A stretch of 64,000 nt of DNA from an uncultured Acidobacteriota bacterium. Lineage in GTDB: Bacteria > Acidobacteriota > Vicinamibacteria > Vicinamibacterales > CAVVIG01. Every line of letters starts with the position of its first letter. The stretch's first letter is position 1. The DNA is taken from NCBI GenBank assembly GCA_963745495.1, contig CAVUXJ010000005.1:198847-262846 (forward strand), in the 5' to 3' direction. The position numbers were made by a program, and so were the translations under genes. The notes under the pieces were generated by a model that was not told the DNA's origin, searched no databases, and saw only the letters and a list, made by a program, of their open reading frames with translations. This document shows positions 30,556 to 41,676 of the stretch, piece after piece.

Positions 30556-33294
30556 CTAGCCCTTCGCTTCTTTCCAGTTCGCTCCGATACCTACATCGAC
30601 CGTCAGCGGCACGTCGAGGGCCGCAGCCGACTCCATCGTCTGGCGCACCAGCGCGGCGATCGTCTCGGCCCGCCGGGCCGGGACCTCGAACAACAGCTCA
30701 TCATGCACGGTCAGGATCATCCGCGCATCCGGTGATCCTTCGAGCGCGGCGTGTACGTGAATCATCGCCCGCTTCATGATGTCCGCGGCCGTGCCCTGAA
30801 TCGGCATGTTCACGGCGGCTCGTTCGGCGGCCGCCCGGATCTGACCGTTGCGGCTCGTGAGCTCCGGCACGAGCCGCCTTCGCCCGTACAAGGTCTTCAC
30901 CACGCCGGTGACGCGCGCCTCCTCGAGCGTGCGCTCGATGAAGCTCCGCACGCGGGGAAAGCCCGCGAAGTACGCGTCGATGAAGTGCTGAGCGGCCTGC
31001 GGCGTCACGCCGATATCCTTGGCGAGGGTGAACGCGGTCTTCCCGTAGAGGAGGGCGTAGTTGATGATCTTCGCCCGTCCGCCGCAATTCGTGCGGATCC
31101 AGGCCGCTCTCCGGGCCGAAGACCTTGAGGGCCGTCTGGTCGTGGATGTCGGTCCCGGCCTGGAAGGCCTCCCTCAACGTCTCGTCGCCGGCCAGGTGCG
31201 CCAGCACGCGGAGCTCGATCTGCGAGTAATCGGCCGAGATGAGGACGTGTCCGGGATCGGCGGTGAAGGCGCGCCGGATCTCGCGCCCGAGCTCGGTGCG
31301 GATCGGGATGTTCTGCAGGTTCGGATCGCTGCTGCTCAAACGCCCCGTCGCCGCCACGGCCTGGTTGAAGCACGTGTGGACCCGCCCGGTCTCCGGGTTG
31401 ACGAGCTCGGGAAGCGCGTCGATGTAGGTCCCCTTCAGCTTCTGCAGCGCCCTCCACTCGAGGATGAGGCGCGGCAGGTCGTGGACGAGCGCCAGTTCCT
31501 CGAGCACGTCGACGGAGGTCGACGCGGTCCTGGTCTTGACGTTCCGCTTGAGCGCCGGCAGTTGCAGCTTGTCGAACAGGATCTTCGAGAGTTGCTGCGG
31601 TGAATTGATGTTGAACGACTCGCCCGCGATCTCGAAAATCTGCGCCGTCAGCCGCGTCATCGTCCTCTCGATGTCGTGCGACTGCCCGGCGAGCGCCACC
31701 CCGTCGATGCGCACCCCGGCTCGTTCCATCGCCGCCAGCACGGGGATGAGCGGACGCTCCAGATCGCGATACACCTGATCGAGCCCGTCGGTGACCAGCA
31801 TGGGCGCCAGTCGATCGGCGAGCTGCAGGGCGAGATCCGCCCGCTCCCCCGCGTAGTTCAGGGCGGCGTCGGGGCTCGTCGCCTCAAACCCGATCGCCTT
31901 CGCGCCCCGGCCGCAGACGTCTTCCTCGGTGAGCGCCTTGTAGCCGAGATGCTCGAGCGTCGTGCCCTCGAGCGGGTGGTTGGACCTGGTGGCGTCGAGC
32001 AGATAGCTGGCCAGCATCGTGTCGAGGCCGAGGCCCTCGAGCCGAACGCCGTGTCGCGCGAGCACGACGGTGTCGAACTTCAGGTCGTGCCCGACCTTCT
32101 CTATCGCGGGATCCTCGAGGACGGCCCGCAGTACTCGAAGCACCTCCTCCGGGTGCGGCCAGGAGCCAGCCGGCGCCGGCGGTGGCGCGGGAGTCAGGAG
32201 GCCGTGCTCGACGCGCGGCTGGCCGATGCCCGATCGGGACGTACCTCGCCGACCGCGGCCCCATGGAAAATGCCAGTCCGACGATGCCGGCTCGAACGGC
32301 GGCGAGGCCGTCCGACAGCACGCGCAGCCCGAAGCGGCGCGCCGCGCGTAGTTCGGCCGCCAGCGCCTCGAGCTCCTCCGGCCGCGTCACCAGGCGGTAG
32401 TCCTTGCTCGTCGTTTCCGCGGTTGGCGCGAACTCCATGACGATCGAGCGGAACCCGAGCTCCGAGAACAGCTCGTAACAGGCTTCACGGGACGGTCCGC
32501 GGTAGCGGAAGGCGCCGATGTCGAAGTCGACCGGGACGTCGGTGTGGATTCGAAGCAGCTCGCGGCTGCTCCGGGCCTCCGCCGCGTGAGCCATCAGCGC
32601 CTCGCGATACTTCTTCTGCGGGACCTCGGCGGCGCGCTCGAGCAGCGCGTCGAGCGTGCCGTAGCTGGAGATCAGATCGCGCGCACCCTTCTCCCCGATG
32701 CCGGGCACTCCCTTGACGTTGTCGATGGTGTCGCCCATCAGCGCCAGGACGTCGACCACCTGATCGGGCCGGACGCCGAACTTCTCCTTGACCCCGGCCG
32801 CGTCGTACCAGCGTCCCTTCCTCGCGCGGGTTGAAGACCCTGACCGTATCGTCCACGAGCTGATAGAAATCCTTGTCGCCGGTGACGATCGCGACGCCGT
32901 AGCCTTCCGCCGCCGCCCGCGCCGTCATCGTCCCGATCACGTCGTCGGCCTCGTACCGATCGTAGGTGATGATGGGTACGCCGAGCGCTTCGCACGCGCG
33001 ATGCACGAGCGGGATCTGGCCGGCGAGCTCGTCGGGCATCGGCTTGCGGTTCGCCTTGTAGTCGTCGGCGAGATCGTCGCGAAAGGTCGGGCCCGGGAGA
33101 TCGAATGACGCCGCGATGAACTCGGGCGCGTGATCCTTCAGAAGCTTGCGGAGCATCGTCACGAAGATGTAGACCGCGTTGGTCGGAATTCCCTGCGCGT
33201 TGCGCAGCAGCGTGCCCTCCAGGGTGCGGATCGGCGCGTGGTACGCGCGGTACATCTGCGAGCTGCCGTCGATGAGGTACAGGAGTGGCTTCAC
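30556..33294 (-). CDS. polA: DNA polymerase I, split by several apparent frameshifts
   Basis: LIDGSS..YRAYHA, EADDVIGT, GVPGIGEK, TGRLSSSDPNLQNIP, ADYSQIELR, VHDEL. Confidence 0.93.
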
Positions 33295-33369
33295 GAATAA
33301 GACTTCCTGATGTCCGCGGAGCGATTGAGGAGACAGGACGGCGAAATTTTTACTATATCATTGGCTCAC

Positions 33370-34144
33370 GTGCGGATCGCTCTTGCCGTCCTGCTTCTGG
33401 CCGCGGCCATCGGCTGCGGCCGCGGACTGTTCCGACAGTACGAGTACGAGGAAGAGATGTATCTGTCGCTCGACGGATCGGCCACGATCTACGTCAACAG
33501 TTCAGTGCCCGTGCTGAATGCCTTGCGCGGTGCGTCGTTCGACGTCCGACCGAACGCGCCGCTGGATCGGGCGGCCGTGCGTGAATATTTCACGACGCCC
33601 GTGACGCGGGTGACGCGCGTGAGCACGTCGCGACGCAACAACAGGCGCTTCGTCCACGTGCGGGTCGACGTCGACGACGTTCGGCGGCTCGGCGCAGGCG
33701 CCGCCATTCGCTTGGTCTTCCTACCAGTTCTCGAACGGCGGCGATGTGGTCACCTACCGTCAGACGGTCGGCGCGGCCGCGGGGAAGCCGGTGGAGGAAG
33801 GGCGCTGGACGGGACAGGAAGTCGTGGCCTTCCGGCTGCACATTCCAAGCCGGATCGTCTTCCACAATGCCGGTCCGGGCAACCCGCAGCGCGGCAATAT
33901 TCTGGCGTGGGAGCAGCCGCTGATCGAGCGGCTGCGAAGCACGCCGTTGGCGCTGGACGCTCGAATGGAACCGCAGTCGATTCTGTACAGCACCCTGTTG
34001 CTGTTCGCCGGCACCGTCGTGGCCGTCGCGATGATGTTTGCAGTCGTTGTCTGGCGAATTCTGCGGACCGGCCGTCGCCGCGGGCTCACGCCGGGGCAGG
34101 AAAGGCAGGAAAGGCTGGAACGGCAGGAAAGGCTGGAAGGGTAG
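33370..34144 (+). CDS. Hypothetical lipoprotein with C-terminal TM helix, apparent frameshift near 33700
   Basis: LLLAAAIGC lipobox; YEYEEEMYLSLDGSAT; TM segment TLLLFAGTVVAVAMMFAVVVW. Confidence 0.65.
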
Positions 34145-34192
34145 GAAGGGCTCTTTCCTGTCCGCCTCCTGCCCTTCCCTCCTATCCTGCCC
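34095..34192. repeat. Palindromic array of 9-bp GGCWGGAAR units between convergent genes
   Basis: Six forward units 34095-34148, then four inverted units. Confidence 0.8.
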
Positions 34193-34194
34193 TA

Positions 34195-37142
34195 TTAGAA
34201 CCGGAACCCTACGGCCGCCCGGTAGGTTCGGCCGCCGGTGAAGGGAGCGTTGCCGTCTCCCGTGAACGGGTTCGGGAAGTGTTGATTCGAGGTCGCCTTC
34301 CCGAAGCTGCCGCCCTGGTGTACCCGGTCGGCAGCCCCAATGCATCCGTGGCGCTGGACGGATCCGGATTCACCGTCGTGTTCCACTGAATCTGCTTCTG
34401 ATTGTTCAACGCATTGTACATGTCGAACCTGATGTACGGCCGGAGCTTCTTGAAGACCGGCACGTTATAACCCAGGCCGACGTCGACGACGCCGTAGCCC
34501 TTGAACTGCTCCGATCCACGTTCGCCGAAGTAGATCGTCTGCTCCGACGGCGCATCCGGGTAACCCGCGGCCGTGAGCAGCGCTGTTTGGATATCGCTGA
34601 GTGGCTGACCGGTGGCGCGGAGGCTATACGTTTCCCCCGAATTGACACGCCACAGGCCGGACACCATCACATCACCGAGCTTGCCCAGCCCGAGGTTGTA
34701 GATGCTCCACAGGGCCAGCTTGTGCCGCTGGAACCCCAACAGTCGTCCATCGGGGAACAGCCGGTCCGCGGTGAAGATCTCCGGGTAGTCGCCCATGCTG
34801 CTCGGCACACCAGGCTGATTCGCCTCCTCACCCTCGTTGTTGCCGTTGTTCTTGATCTGCAGGGTGTAGTGGCCGTTCACGGTCCAACGCGGCCTGATGT
34901 TGTAGCGGCCCTGGAAGAGAAGACCCTCGTACTCCCGCCTGGCAAGGTCGAGGTTCCGGTAGATGATGTTGGTGAACGTGCCGACGTCGAGCCCGTTCTT
35001 GACGACATCCGTCACACCGTTGGCGAGCGTGATCGTGTCGTCGATGATGTGGGAAGTCCGTCGCACGATGTAACTGACCTCTCCGTAGCCCTTGCCTTTC
35101 ATGAGCTCCGCCCCGTACGACAGCGTGAACTCCTTGACGATCGGCGAGGTCAGGCCGTCCTCGAGGAAGATGTTGGCGGTGGGGAACTGTCCCAGGACGG
35201 TCTCGTAGTTCGCCGGGTCGAATCCGGGAGCAAAGCTTCGGCCTTGTCCGGCGGGACCGATATAGCTGCCGATCAGCAGGTCGGGATTGCCGACGTTGTT
35301 GTTGGCGCCGATTTGCGCCTCGTTGTACCGGCCCGAGTAGTGCCCGTACGTCGCGTGAAACACGTTCCGGCCGTTCCCGCCCGGGTCGAACGCGACGGCC
35401 AGACGCGGCACGAATCCATTGGTATCGACGCCGATGAAGCCTCCAGTGGCTTCGCTCTTCACGTGCTCATAGCGAAAACCCAGATCGGCCGACCAGTGGG
35501 TGTTCATCACCCAGTGATCCTGGACGTAGATCGACTGGTTATCGACGTTGAGCACCGCGCCTCTGCTCGGCAGCCAGTTCTCGAGTTGCGTTTCCCCTGG
35601 GACGAAGACCGGGATGAAACGTCCCTCCGAGTCGAGCACGGGCGCCCCGCCCGCGTCCTCCGCCCAGTCGGCGTCGAACACATAGCCCGTGGACGATTGC
35701 GAGTTGCCGCCCGTGTTCTGACTCCGGAAGAACTCGTAGCCGCTCTTGAACTCGTGCCGTCCGGCGCGTTGAACGAAATAGGTGATGTTGCCGGTAAATT
35801 GGCCGTTATTGCGGTTCTCAGGATCGGTGGCGTCGAAGTACTGCGCGTTGTAGTGCCAATTCCCCTGATTCAGATCGATGAACGGCGAATCGACGATGTT
35901 CGTGCTCGTGCCACCGGATCCCCTGAACCCGAACTTCCTCTGTGAGTACTGGGCCTCGGCCAGCAGGTTGTTGCGGAGCACGCCGCGGTAGTTGGCGAAG
36001 GTGTACCAATTCGGCAGGGTGCGTTCGCCGACGGCGGCCTTGTCGATGGTGAACGAGAAGGTGGGCCGGCTGGCCTGCGTCCGCGAGTTGTTCAAGTAGC
36101 CGCCCTGAATCGTGTGATTCTGGACGAGCGTGTTGGTGAGCTTGATCTCGCCGCGTTTGTTGGTGTCGGTCTGGGTGTTGGCGAGATTCGAAATCGGCAG
36201 CGAGCCCGACGTCGAGGTCTCGGCATAGCGGGTGGCGCCGAAAAACCACAGCCGATCCCTGACGATGGGACCGCCCAGCGTGCCTTCGTAGGTCGGTTGC
36301 AGCGTGTCCAGGCGGGGGGCCGCCTTCCCGCAGCTCGCCGTCGTGACCGCCGGGTCGCAGGTCTCGAAGGGCGTCGGCTTGGTCCAGCTCGGGTTCGAGA
36401 AACCGGTGCGGAAACTGCCGGAGAAGGTGTTTCCGCCGCTCTTGGTCACGGCGTTGACGACGCCACCGGTGAACCGGCCGTATTCGGCGGTAATGCCGGA
36501 GGTGATGACCTGGGTTTCCTCGATCGCGTCCTCGATGAACAGGTTCTGCGGTGACCCGAAGAGATTGTCGTTCACGTCCACGCCGTTCAACATGAACACG
36601 TTGTCGAACGCGTACGCGCCGTTGATCGTGATCTGGCCCGCGTTCGGCGTGTTCTCCGTCAGCCCCGGCGCGAGTTGCGCGATGCCGGCAAGAGTCCGTG
36701 GAGTGGCCAGCGCGTCGATCTCGTCGTGCTTGTAATTGGCGCCCAGCGTCGCGGTTGCAATCGGGGCCGGCGCCGTGGCGGTCACCTGGACCTGTTCGCT
36801 CAGGCCGGCGGTCTGAAGCTGCACGTTCTGCTCGACGGTCAGGCCGAGAAGAATCGCGGTCGTCCGCGTCGTGGGTGCGAATGCCGTCGTTTCGAAGGTC
36901 AGGTCGTAGGTGCCGGAGGGGAGCTGGAGAAGGGAATAGGTGCCATCGGGGCCGGTGGCCGTGGTTCGCGGGCCCTGCATGCTTGGGGACGTCGCCGTCA
37001 CCGTGACGCCCGGAATCGGCAACCCTTGCGGGTCGGTCACCGAGCCACGAATGATGCCGTATTGGACACCTTGGGCTGCGGCGTCGCCGACGCCAAGGAT
37101 GCCGGCGAGCATGATCGCCACCAGCGCTGTACTTCGTCTCAT
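34195..37142 (-). CDS. Oar-type TonB-dependent receptor with carboxypeptidase regulatory-like N-domain, apparent frameshift near 34300
   Basis: GSVTDPQGLPIPGVTV, AEYGRFTGGVVNAVTKSG, GGPIVRDRLWFF; terminal GFRF lies in an alternate frame. Confidence 0.9.
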
Positions 37143-37176
37143 TACTTGCGGTCTCCTTTTGCGTGAACGTTTTCAC

Positions 37177-37213
37177 TTGAACGCTCGTTCAATATGTTTG
37201 AACAAGCGTTCAG
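37177..37213. promoter_or_regulatory. Tandem palindromic operator TTGAAC-N4-GTTCA x2
   Basis: ttgaacgctcgttcaa (37177-37192) and ttgaacaagcgttcag (37198-37213), 21 bp apart, just downstream of an extended -10. Confidence 0.6.
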
Positions 37214-37336
37214 CAAAACTATATTAGAACACGCCCTCTCACCTCCGATCATCATCAAAATGCAGACAGAGTTCGGTTCTCTAACTCAGATTCCCTCAGG
37301 AGTGAGGCTACTATCCAAACAATTGGATAACTGCGA

Positions 37337-38176
37337 CTAGGCGCGGGCGCGCTTCCGTGGGCTCACTCGCGCGGGGCCGGCTGCGCGGAGGGGCTTCTTG
37401 GTGGCGATCGTATCGAGACTTTTCCGGAGCGCGTCCATCAGGTTGACCACTTTCGGCGGCGCTTCAACCTCCGCGGCGACGACCTCGCGGCCGCTGACCT
37501 TCGCGTCGATGATCTCGCGCAACCCTTCCTGGTACTCGTCGCGATACGCCGCGAAATCGAGCTCGCCTTCGAAGGTGCCAATCACCTGGCGCGCCAGCTT
37601 CACCTCGTCGGGTTTGACCGCTTCCGGCACGTCCGCCAGCTCGTCGATCGCCTTCATGCTCCGGATCTCGTTCGCGTGCCGCAGCGTGTACATGATCAGG
37701 CCACGCTCGCGCGGCTCCACCTTCACCAGGTACTCGCGGCCGTACAGGGCGACCTTGCCAATCCCCGCCTTGCCTTTCATACCTTCACGGATGACGGCGA
37801 ACGCCTCCTTGGCGACCGGACCATCCGGCGCGAGGTAATACGGACGCTCGAGATAGATCGGGTCGATGGCGTTCCCGTCCGTGAACCGCTCGAGATTGAT
37901 CACGCGGGTCGACTCGACGCGCACTTTCTCGACGTCCTCATCGCCGACCACGACGTAACGGCCCTTCTCGAACTCGTAGCCTTTGACGATGTCGGTGTTC
38001 GGGACCTCGCGCTCGCAGCGCGGGCACCAGCGCTTCTGCTGGATGCGCGTCTGGCACTCGGCATGGAGCTGGTTGAAGCTCAGCGTTGCGCCCGTATCGG
38101 TCGCCGGGAACACCTTGATCGGGATATTGACCAAACTGATTTTCAGGTAGCCTTTCCAGGTCGGTCGCGCGGCCAT
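37337..38176 (-). CDS. ku: Non-homologous end joining protein Ku
   Basis: RPTWKGYLKISLVNIPIK, IVKGYE, PYYLAP, VVNLMDALRKSL, basic tail. Confidence 0.95.
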   Translation of the reverse strand: MAARPTWKGYLKISLVNIPIKVFPATDTGATLSFNQLHAECQTRIQQKRWCPRCEREVPNTDIVKGYEFEKGRYVVVGDEDVEKVRVESTRVINLERFTDGNAIDPIYLERPYYLAPDGPVAKEAFAVIREGMKGKAGIGKVALYGREYLVKVEPRERGLIMYTLRHANEIRSMKAIDELADVPEAVKPDEVKLARQVIGTFEGELDFAAYRDEYQEGLREIIDAKVSGREVVAAEVEAPPKVVNLMDALRKSLDTIATKKPLRAAGPARVSPRKRARA

Positions 38177-38360
38177 ATGCGGTCTATTAGAACACGCCTC
38201 GAAAACACGAACGCACGAAAACCTTCACCAGGCGCGAAAACACCGGCCGCGACGCCCACGAAACGATCGTGAAGGTCGCGCGCGGTCAAGGCTTCTTGGC
38301 CCGCGGCTCCGCGCCGCCGGTGGCCTCCGCTCAGACCCCAGTCACGGTAGAATGGGGCCC

Positions 38361-39479
38361 ATGCGCGCGGCTCTTCACGCGACACTCATCGAAAGGACCC
38401 GATCGATGCGGATATGCCGGTCGCCCCGTTTTCTGCTCGCAGCGGCATTGCTGCTGGCATGCCTCGGCGTCGTCCGCGGCGCCGACAAGTCGGCGACGGA
38501 GATGGGCGGTGCCGCCGCGAAATTCCTCGCCGGGCTGTCGGCGGAACAGCGGCGACAAGCGGCGTTCCCGTTCGAAGGCCCCGAACGGCTTCACTGGCAT
38601 TTCATCCCGACGGAAATGTTCCCTCGCAAAGGGCTTCCGATCGCCGCGATGAGCCCATCGCAGCGGCAGCTCGCGCATGCCCTGCTCCGAGCCGGGCTGA
38701 GCCAGCGGGGTTACCTGACCGCGACGGCGATCATGGATCTCGAGACCATCCTCGGGGCGCTCGAAGCGGCAGACGGATCTTCGGGCATCCCCGGGCGCCC
38801 CGGCGAGCTGCTGGTCCGCAATCCCGAGGGCTATCTCTTCTCGGTGTTCGGCACACCGTCGCCGAGCGGTGCCTGGGGCTGGCGCGTGGAAGGGCATCAC
38901 GTCTCGTTGAATTTCACCGTCGTCAACGGCGCCTTTGTCGCCGCCACGCCGTCGTTCTTCGGGAGCAACCCCGCGGAGGTTCGAGCGGGGCCGAAGAAGG
39001 GGTTGCGCATTCTCGCTGCCGAAGAGGACTCGGCCCGCGCCCTGGTCGCGGCGCTCGACGCGTCCCAACGCGCGAAGGCCATCACCGCGGCGGCGGCGCC
39101 GGACGACATCCAGACGATGAGCGCGTTGAAGGTCGATCCGCTATCAGCGGCCGGCATCGCCGCGGGAGAACTGACGCCGATCCAGCGCGAGCTCCTGCTC
39201 AAGGTCATCGATGCGTATGCGTCCGCGATGGCCCCCGATCTCGCAGCGGATCGACTGGCCAGGATCACGAAAGCCGGCCTCGAGAAGGTCACGTTTGCGT
39301 GGGCGGGAGAGACCGCGCGGGGCCGGCGGCACTACTACAGGGTGCAAGGCCCCACGTTCCTGATCGAATACGACAACACCCAGAACGACGCGAATCACAT
39401 CCACTCGGTCTGGCGAGACTTCGAGGGTGACTTCGGGCGAGACCTGCTGCGGGAACATCTGAAGTCCGTCGCGCACTGA
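38361..39479 (+). CDS. DUF3500 domain secreted protein
   Basis: WGWRVEGHHVSLN, YYRVQGPTFLIEYDNTQ, NHIHSVWRD. Confidence 0.85.
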   Translation: MRAALHATLIERTRSMRICRSPRFLLAAALLLACLGVVRGADKSATEMGGAAAKFLAGLSAEQRRQAAFPFEGPERLHWHFIPTEMFPRKGLPIAAMSPSQRQLAHALLRAGLSQRGYLTATAIMDLETILGALEAADGSSGIPGRPGELLVRNPEGYLFSVFGTPSPSGAWGWRVEGHHVSLNFTVVNGAFVAATPSFFGSNPAEVRAGPKKGLRILAAEEDSARALVAALDASQRAKAITAAAAPDDIQTMSALKVDPLSAAGIAAGELTPIQRELLLKVIDAYASAMAPDLAADRLARITKAGLEKVTFAWAGETARGRRHYYRVQGPTFLIEYDNTQNDANHIHSVWRDFEGDFGRDLLREHLKSVAH

Positions 39480-39493
39480 AACACACGCTGCAC

Positions 39494-39571
39494 GTCTCAA
39501 GGCTCAAGTGTCAAGTCTCATTCGGCACAGACTTGAGACTTCGAAACTTGAGACTTACGCCTTGCAGCCTA
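39494..39571. repeat. Palindromic array of 7-bp units (TCAAGTC/GACTTGA type)
   Basis: tcaaggc/tcaagtg/tcaagtc ... gacttga/gacttcg/aacttga/gacttac between convergent genes. Confidence 0.7.
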
Positions 39572-40636
39572 GATCTCGCCGCGGATGGCGTCCGCCAGAT
39601 CCTTCGTCTTTCCCTGGCCGCCGAGGTCCGGCGTGCGGTTCTTGCCGGACGCGATCACCCGCTCGATGGCCCCCACAATGCGGTCGTGCAAGTCGCGGTG
39701 GCCGAGATGGTCGAGCATCATCGCGGCGGCCCAGATGGCCCCGATAGGATTGGCCACGCCCTTCCCCATGATGTCGGGTGCCGAGCCGTGGATCGGCTCG
39801 AACATCGACGGATACTGCCGCTCCGGATTGATGTTCGCCCCGGGCGCGATACCCAGACTGCCGGAGATGGCCGAGCCGATGTCGGTGAGGATGTCGCCGA
39901 ACAGGTTCGACGCCACGATGACATCGAGAGAGCCCGGGTGCGTGACCATCCGGGCGGCGATTGCGTCAACGTGGTACTTCCGGTACTCGACCGCCGGGTA
40001 ATCCTGGCGCACACGCTCGGCGATCTCGTCCCACAGGACCATTGAGTGCCGCATCGCGTTCGACTTGGTCGCGCTGGCCAGCATCCGGCGGGGCCGTTTC
40101 ATCGCGACCTCGAAGCTGTAGCGCAGGATGCGCTCGATGCCGTGACGGGTGAACAACCCGGTTTGCTCCGCGACCTCGTGCGGCGTGCCCACATGGACAC
40201 GTCCCCCCAGCCCGGCGTACTCGCCCTCCGTGTTTTCTCGAACGCAGACCATGTCGATGTCGGCGGGGCCGCGGTTCGCCAGCGGCGAGGCGAGGCCGGG
40301 CAGCAGCCGCATCGGGCGGAGGTTCACGTACTGCTGAAATCTCTGCCGCAGCGGGAGCAGTAGGTCCCAGACGGCAATGTGATCGGGCACGGTCGGCGCG
40401 CCGATGGCGCCGAGATAGATTGCGTCGAATTTCGCCAGCCGCTCGAAGCCGTCGGCATCCATCATGCGTCCGTGGCGCGTGTAGTAGTCGCAGCCCCACG
40501 GCAACGGCGTGAACGTGAAGGAGACGTTTGAACCCCGCGCTGCGGCCTCAATTGCCGCGATTCCTGCCGGTATGACTTCCTGGCCGATTCCGTCACCGGG
40601 AATGACGGCAATAGTGTGTGCGAGTGTGTTGGTCAT
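39569..40636 (-). CDS. Tartrate/D-malate dehydrogenase (isocitrate-isopropylmalate dehydrogenase family)
   Basis: IPGDGIG, RENTEGEY, SATKSN, SNLFGDILTD, FEPIHGSAPDI. Confidence 0.85.
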   Translation of the reverse strand: MTNTLAHTIAVIPGDGIGQEVIPAGIAAIEAAARGSNVSFTFTPLPWGCDYYTRHGRMMDADGFERLAKFDAIYLGAIGAPTVPDHIAVWDLLLPLRQRFQQYVNLRPMRLLPGLASPLANRGPADIDMVCVRENTEGEYAGLGGRVHVGTPHEVAEQTGLFTRHGIERILRYSFEVAMKRPRRMLASATKSNAMRHSMVLWDEIAERVRQDYPAVEYRKYHVDAIAARMVTHPGSLDVIVASNLFGDILTDIGSAISGSLGIAPGANINPERQYPSMFEPIHGSAPDIMGKGVANPIGAIWAAAMMLDHLGHRDLHDRIVGAIERVIASGKNRTPDLGGQGKTKDLADAIRGEI

Positions 40637-41625
40637 GTGATGGTGGAGAAATCGCGGACGGCTGGCAGCCCAGGCAGACCATCCGCCTGGGTGGCCGCCC
40701 GCACGATTGCGTCGGCGACAACCTCCGCCGCCAACGCGCCGATGATGCCTGCCGTCGCCGCACCCGGCCGCTCGCCGGTGGCGAGCGTGAAGATTACGTC
40801 GCCGTCCACCGGGGTATGGCTCGGCGTGATCGCGCGGGCGAACCCGTCGTGTGCCATCTGCGAGACGCGCGTCGCTTCCGTCTTGGTCAATGCGGCATTG
40901 GTGGCGACAACACCGAGCGTCGTGCTGCCGGGCTGGAAGCGGAGCAACCCGGCGCGCAGCAGCTTTCGTGCATCGGCGAGCACCCGGCCGTCAGCCCCCC
41001 GCACCCCGGCGACGATCCGGCCCGTGGCCGGATCGACCACATCGCCAAATGCGTTCAAGACGACCAGGGCGGCGACGATCAACCCGCCCGTCATGGTCAC
41101 GGCTGCGGTACCGACGCCCGCCTTCATGGCGCCATCCATCCCCAGGGCTTTACCAATCGTCGCGCCGGCCCCCGCGCCGACGTTGCCTTCGGGTGCCGGG
41201 TCAGACGTCGCGGATTGAGCGGCCAGATAACCGCACGCCGCTGTCGGGCGAACCAGCGGATCTCCAACGCCGAGGTCGAAAAGCGCGGCACCGGGGACGA
41301 TCGGGACTCGCGCCGGACCGAACGGGAATCCAATTTCACGCTCCTCAAGATAACGCATAACGCCCGCACCGCTGTCGAGCCCGAAGGCGCTGCCACCGGC
41401 GAGCACGATGGCGTGCACCTGCTGAACGCTATTGACCGGATTGAGCACGTCGGTCTCTCGAGTCGCCGGCGCCGCTCCCCTGACGTCGATACCTGCCGTG
41501 GCGCCCGCCTCCGCGAGAATCACCGTGCATCCGGTCGGCCGCTCGTTCAACGTGTGGTGGCCGACCTTGATGCCGGGCACCAGCGTCAGCGTGGTGTTCC
41601 GCATTGTTTGAGCCGCCGGGGTCAC
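40633..41625 (-). CDS. P1/S58 family peptidase (DmpA-like)
   Basis: GIKVGH, GAAPATRETD, GGSAFGL, GNVGAGAG, TTLGVVATN, HTPVDGD; start uncertain. Confidence 0.85.
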   Translation of the reverse strand: MTPAAQTMRNTTLTLVPGIKVGHHTLNERPTGCTVILAEAGATAGIDVRGAAPATRETDVLNPVNSVQQVHAIVLAGGSAFGLDSGAGVMRYLEEREIGFPFGPARVPIVPGAALFDLGVGDPLVRPTAACGYLAAQSATSDPAPEGNVGAGAGATIGKALGMDGAMKAGVGTAAVTMTGGLIVAALVVLNAFGDVVDPATGRIVAGVRGADGRVLADARKLLRAGLLRFQPGSTTLGVVATNAALTKTEATRVSQMAHDGFARAITPSHTPVDGDVIFTLATGERPGAATAGIIGALAAEVVADAIVRAATQADGLPGLPAVRDFSTIT

Positions 41626-41676
41626 GACTTCGGCGCGCGCTCAGCATGGCGCCCCGAGCGGCAGAAGGGCGCCGGC

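Noticed and set aside
38190-38204. GAAC-N7-GAAA as an Acidobacteria-type LexA box before ku
   Set aside because: Single imperfect match; too weak to call
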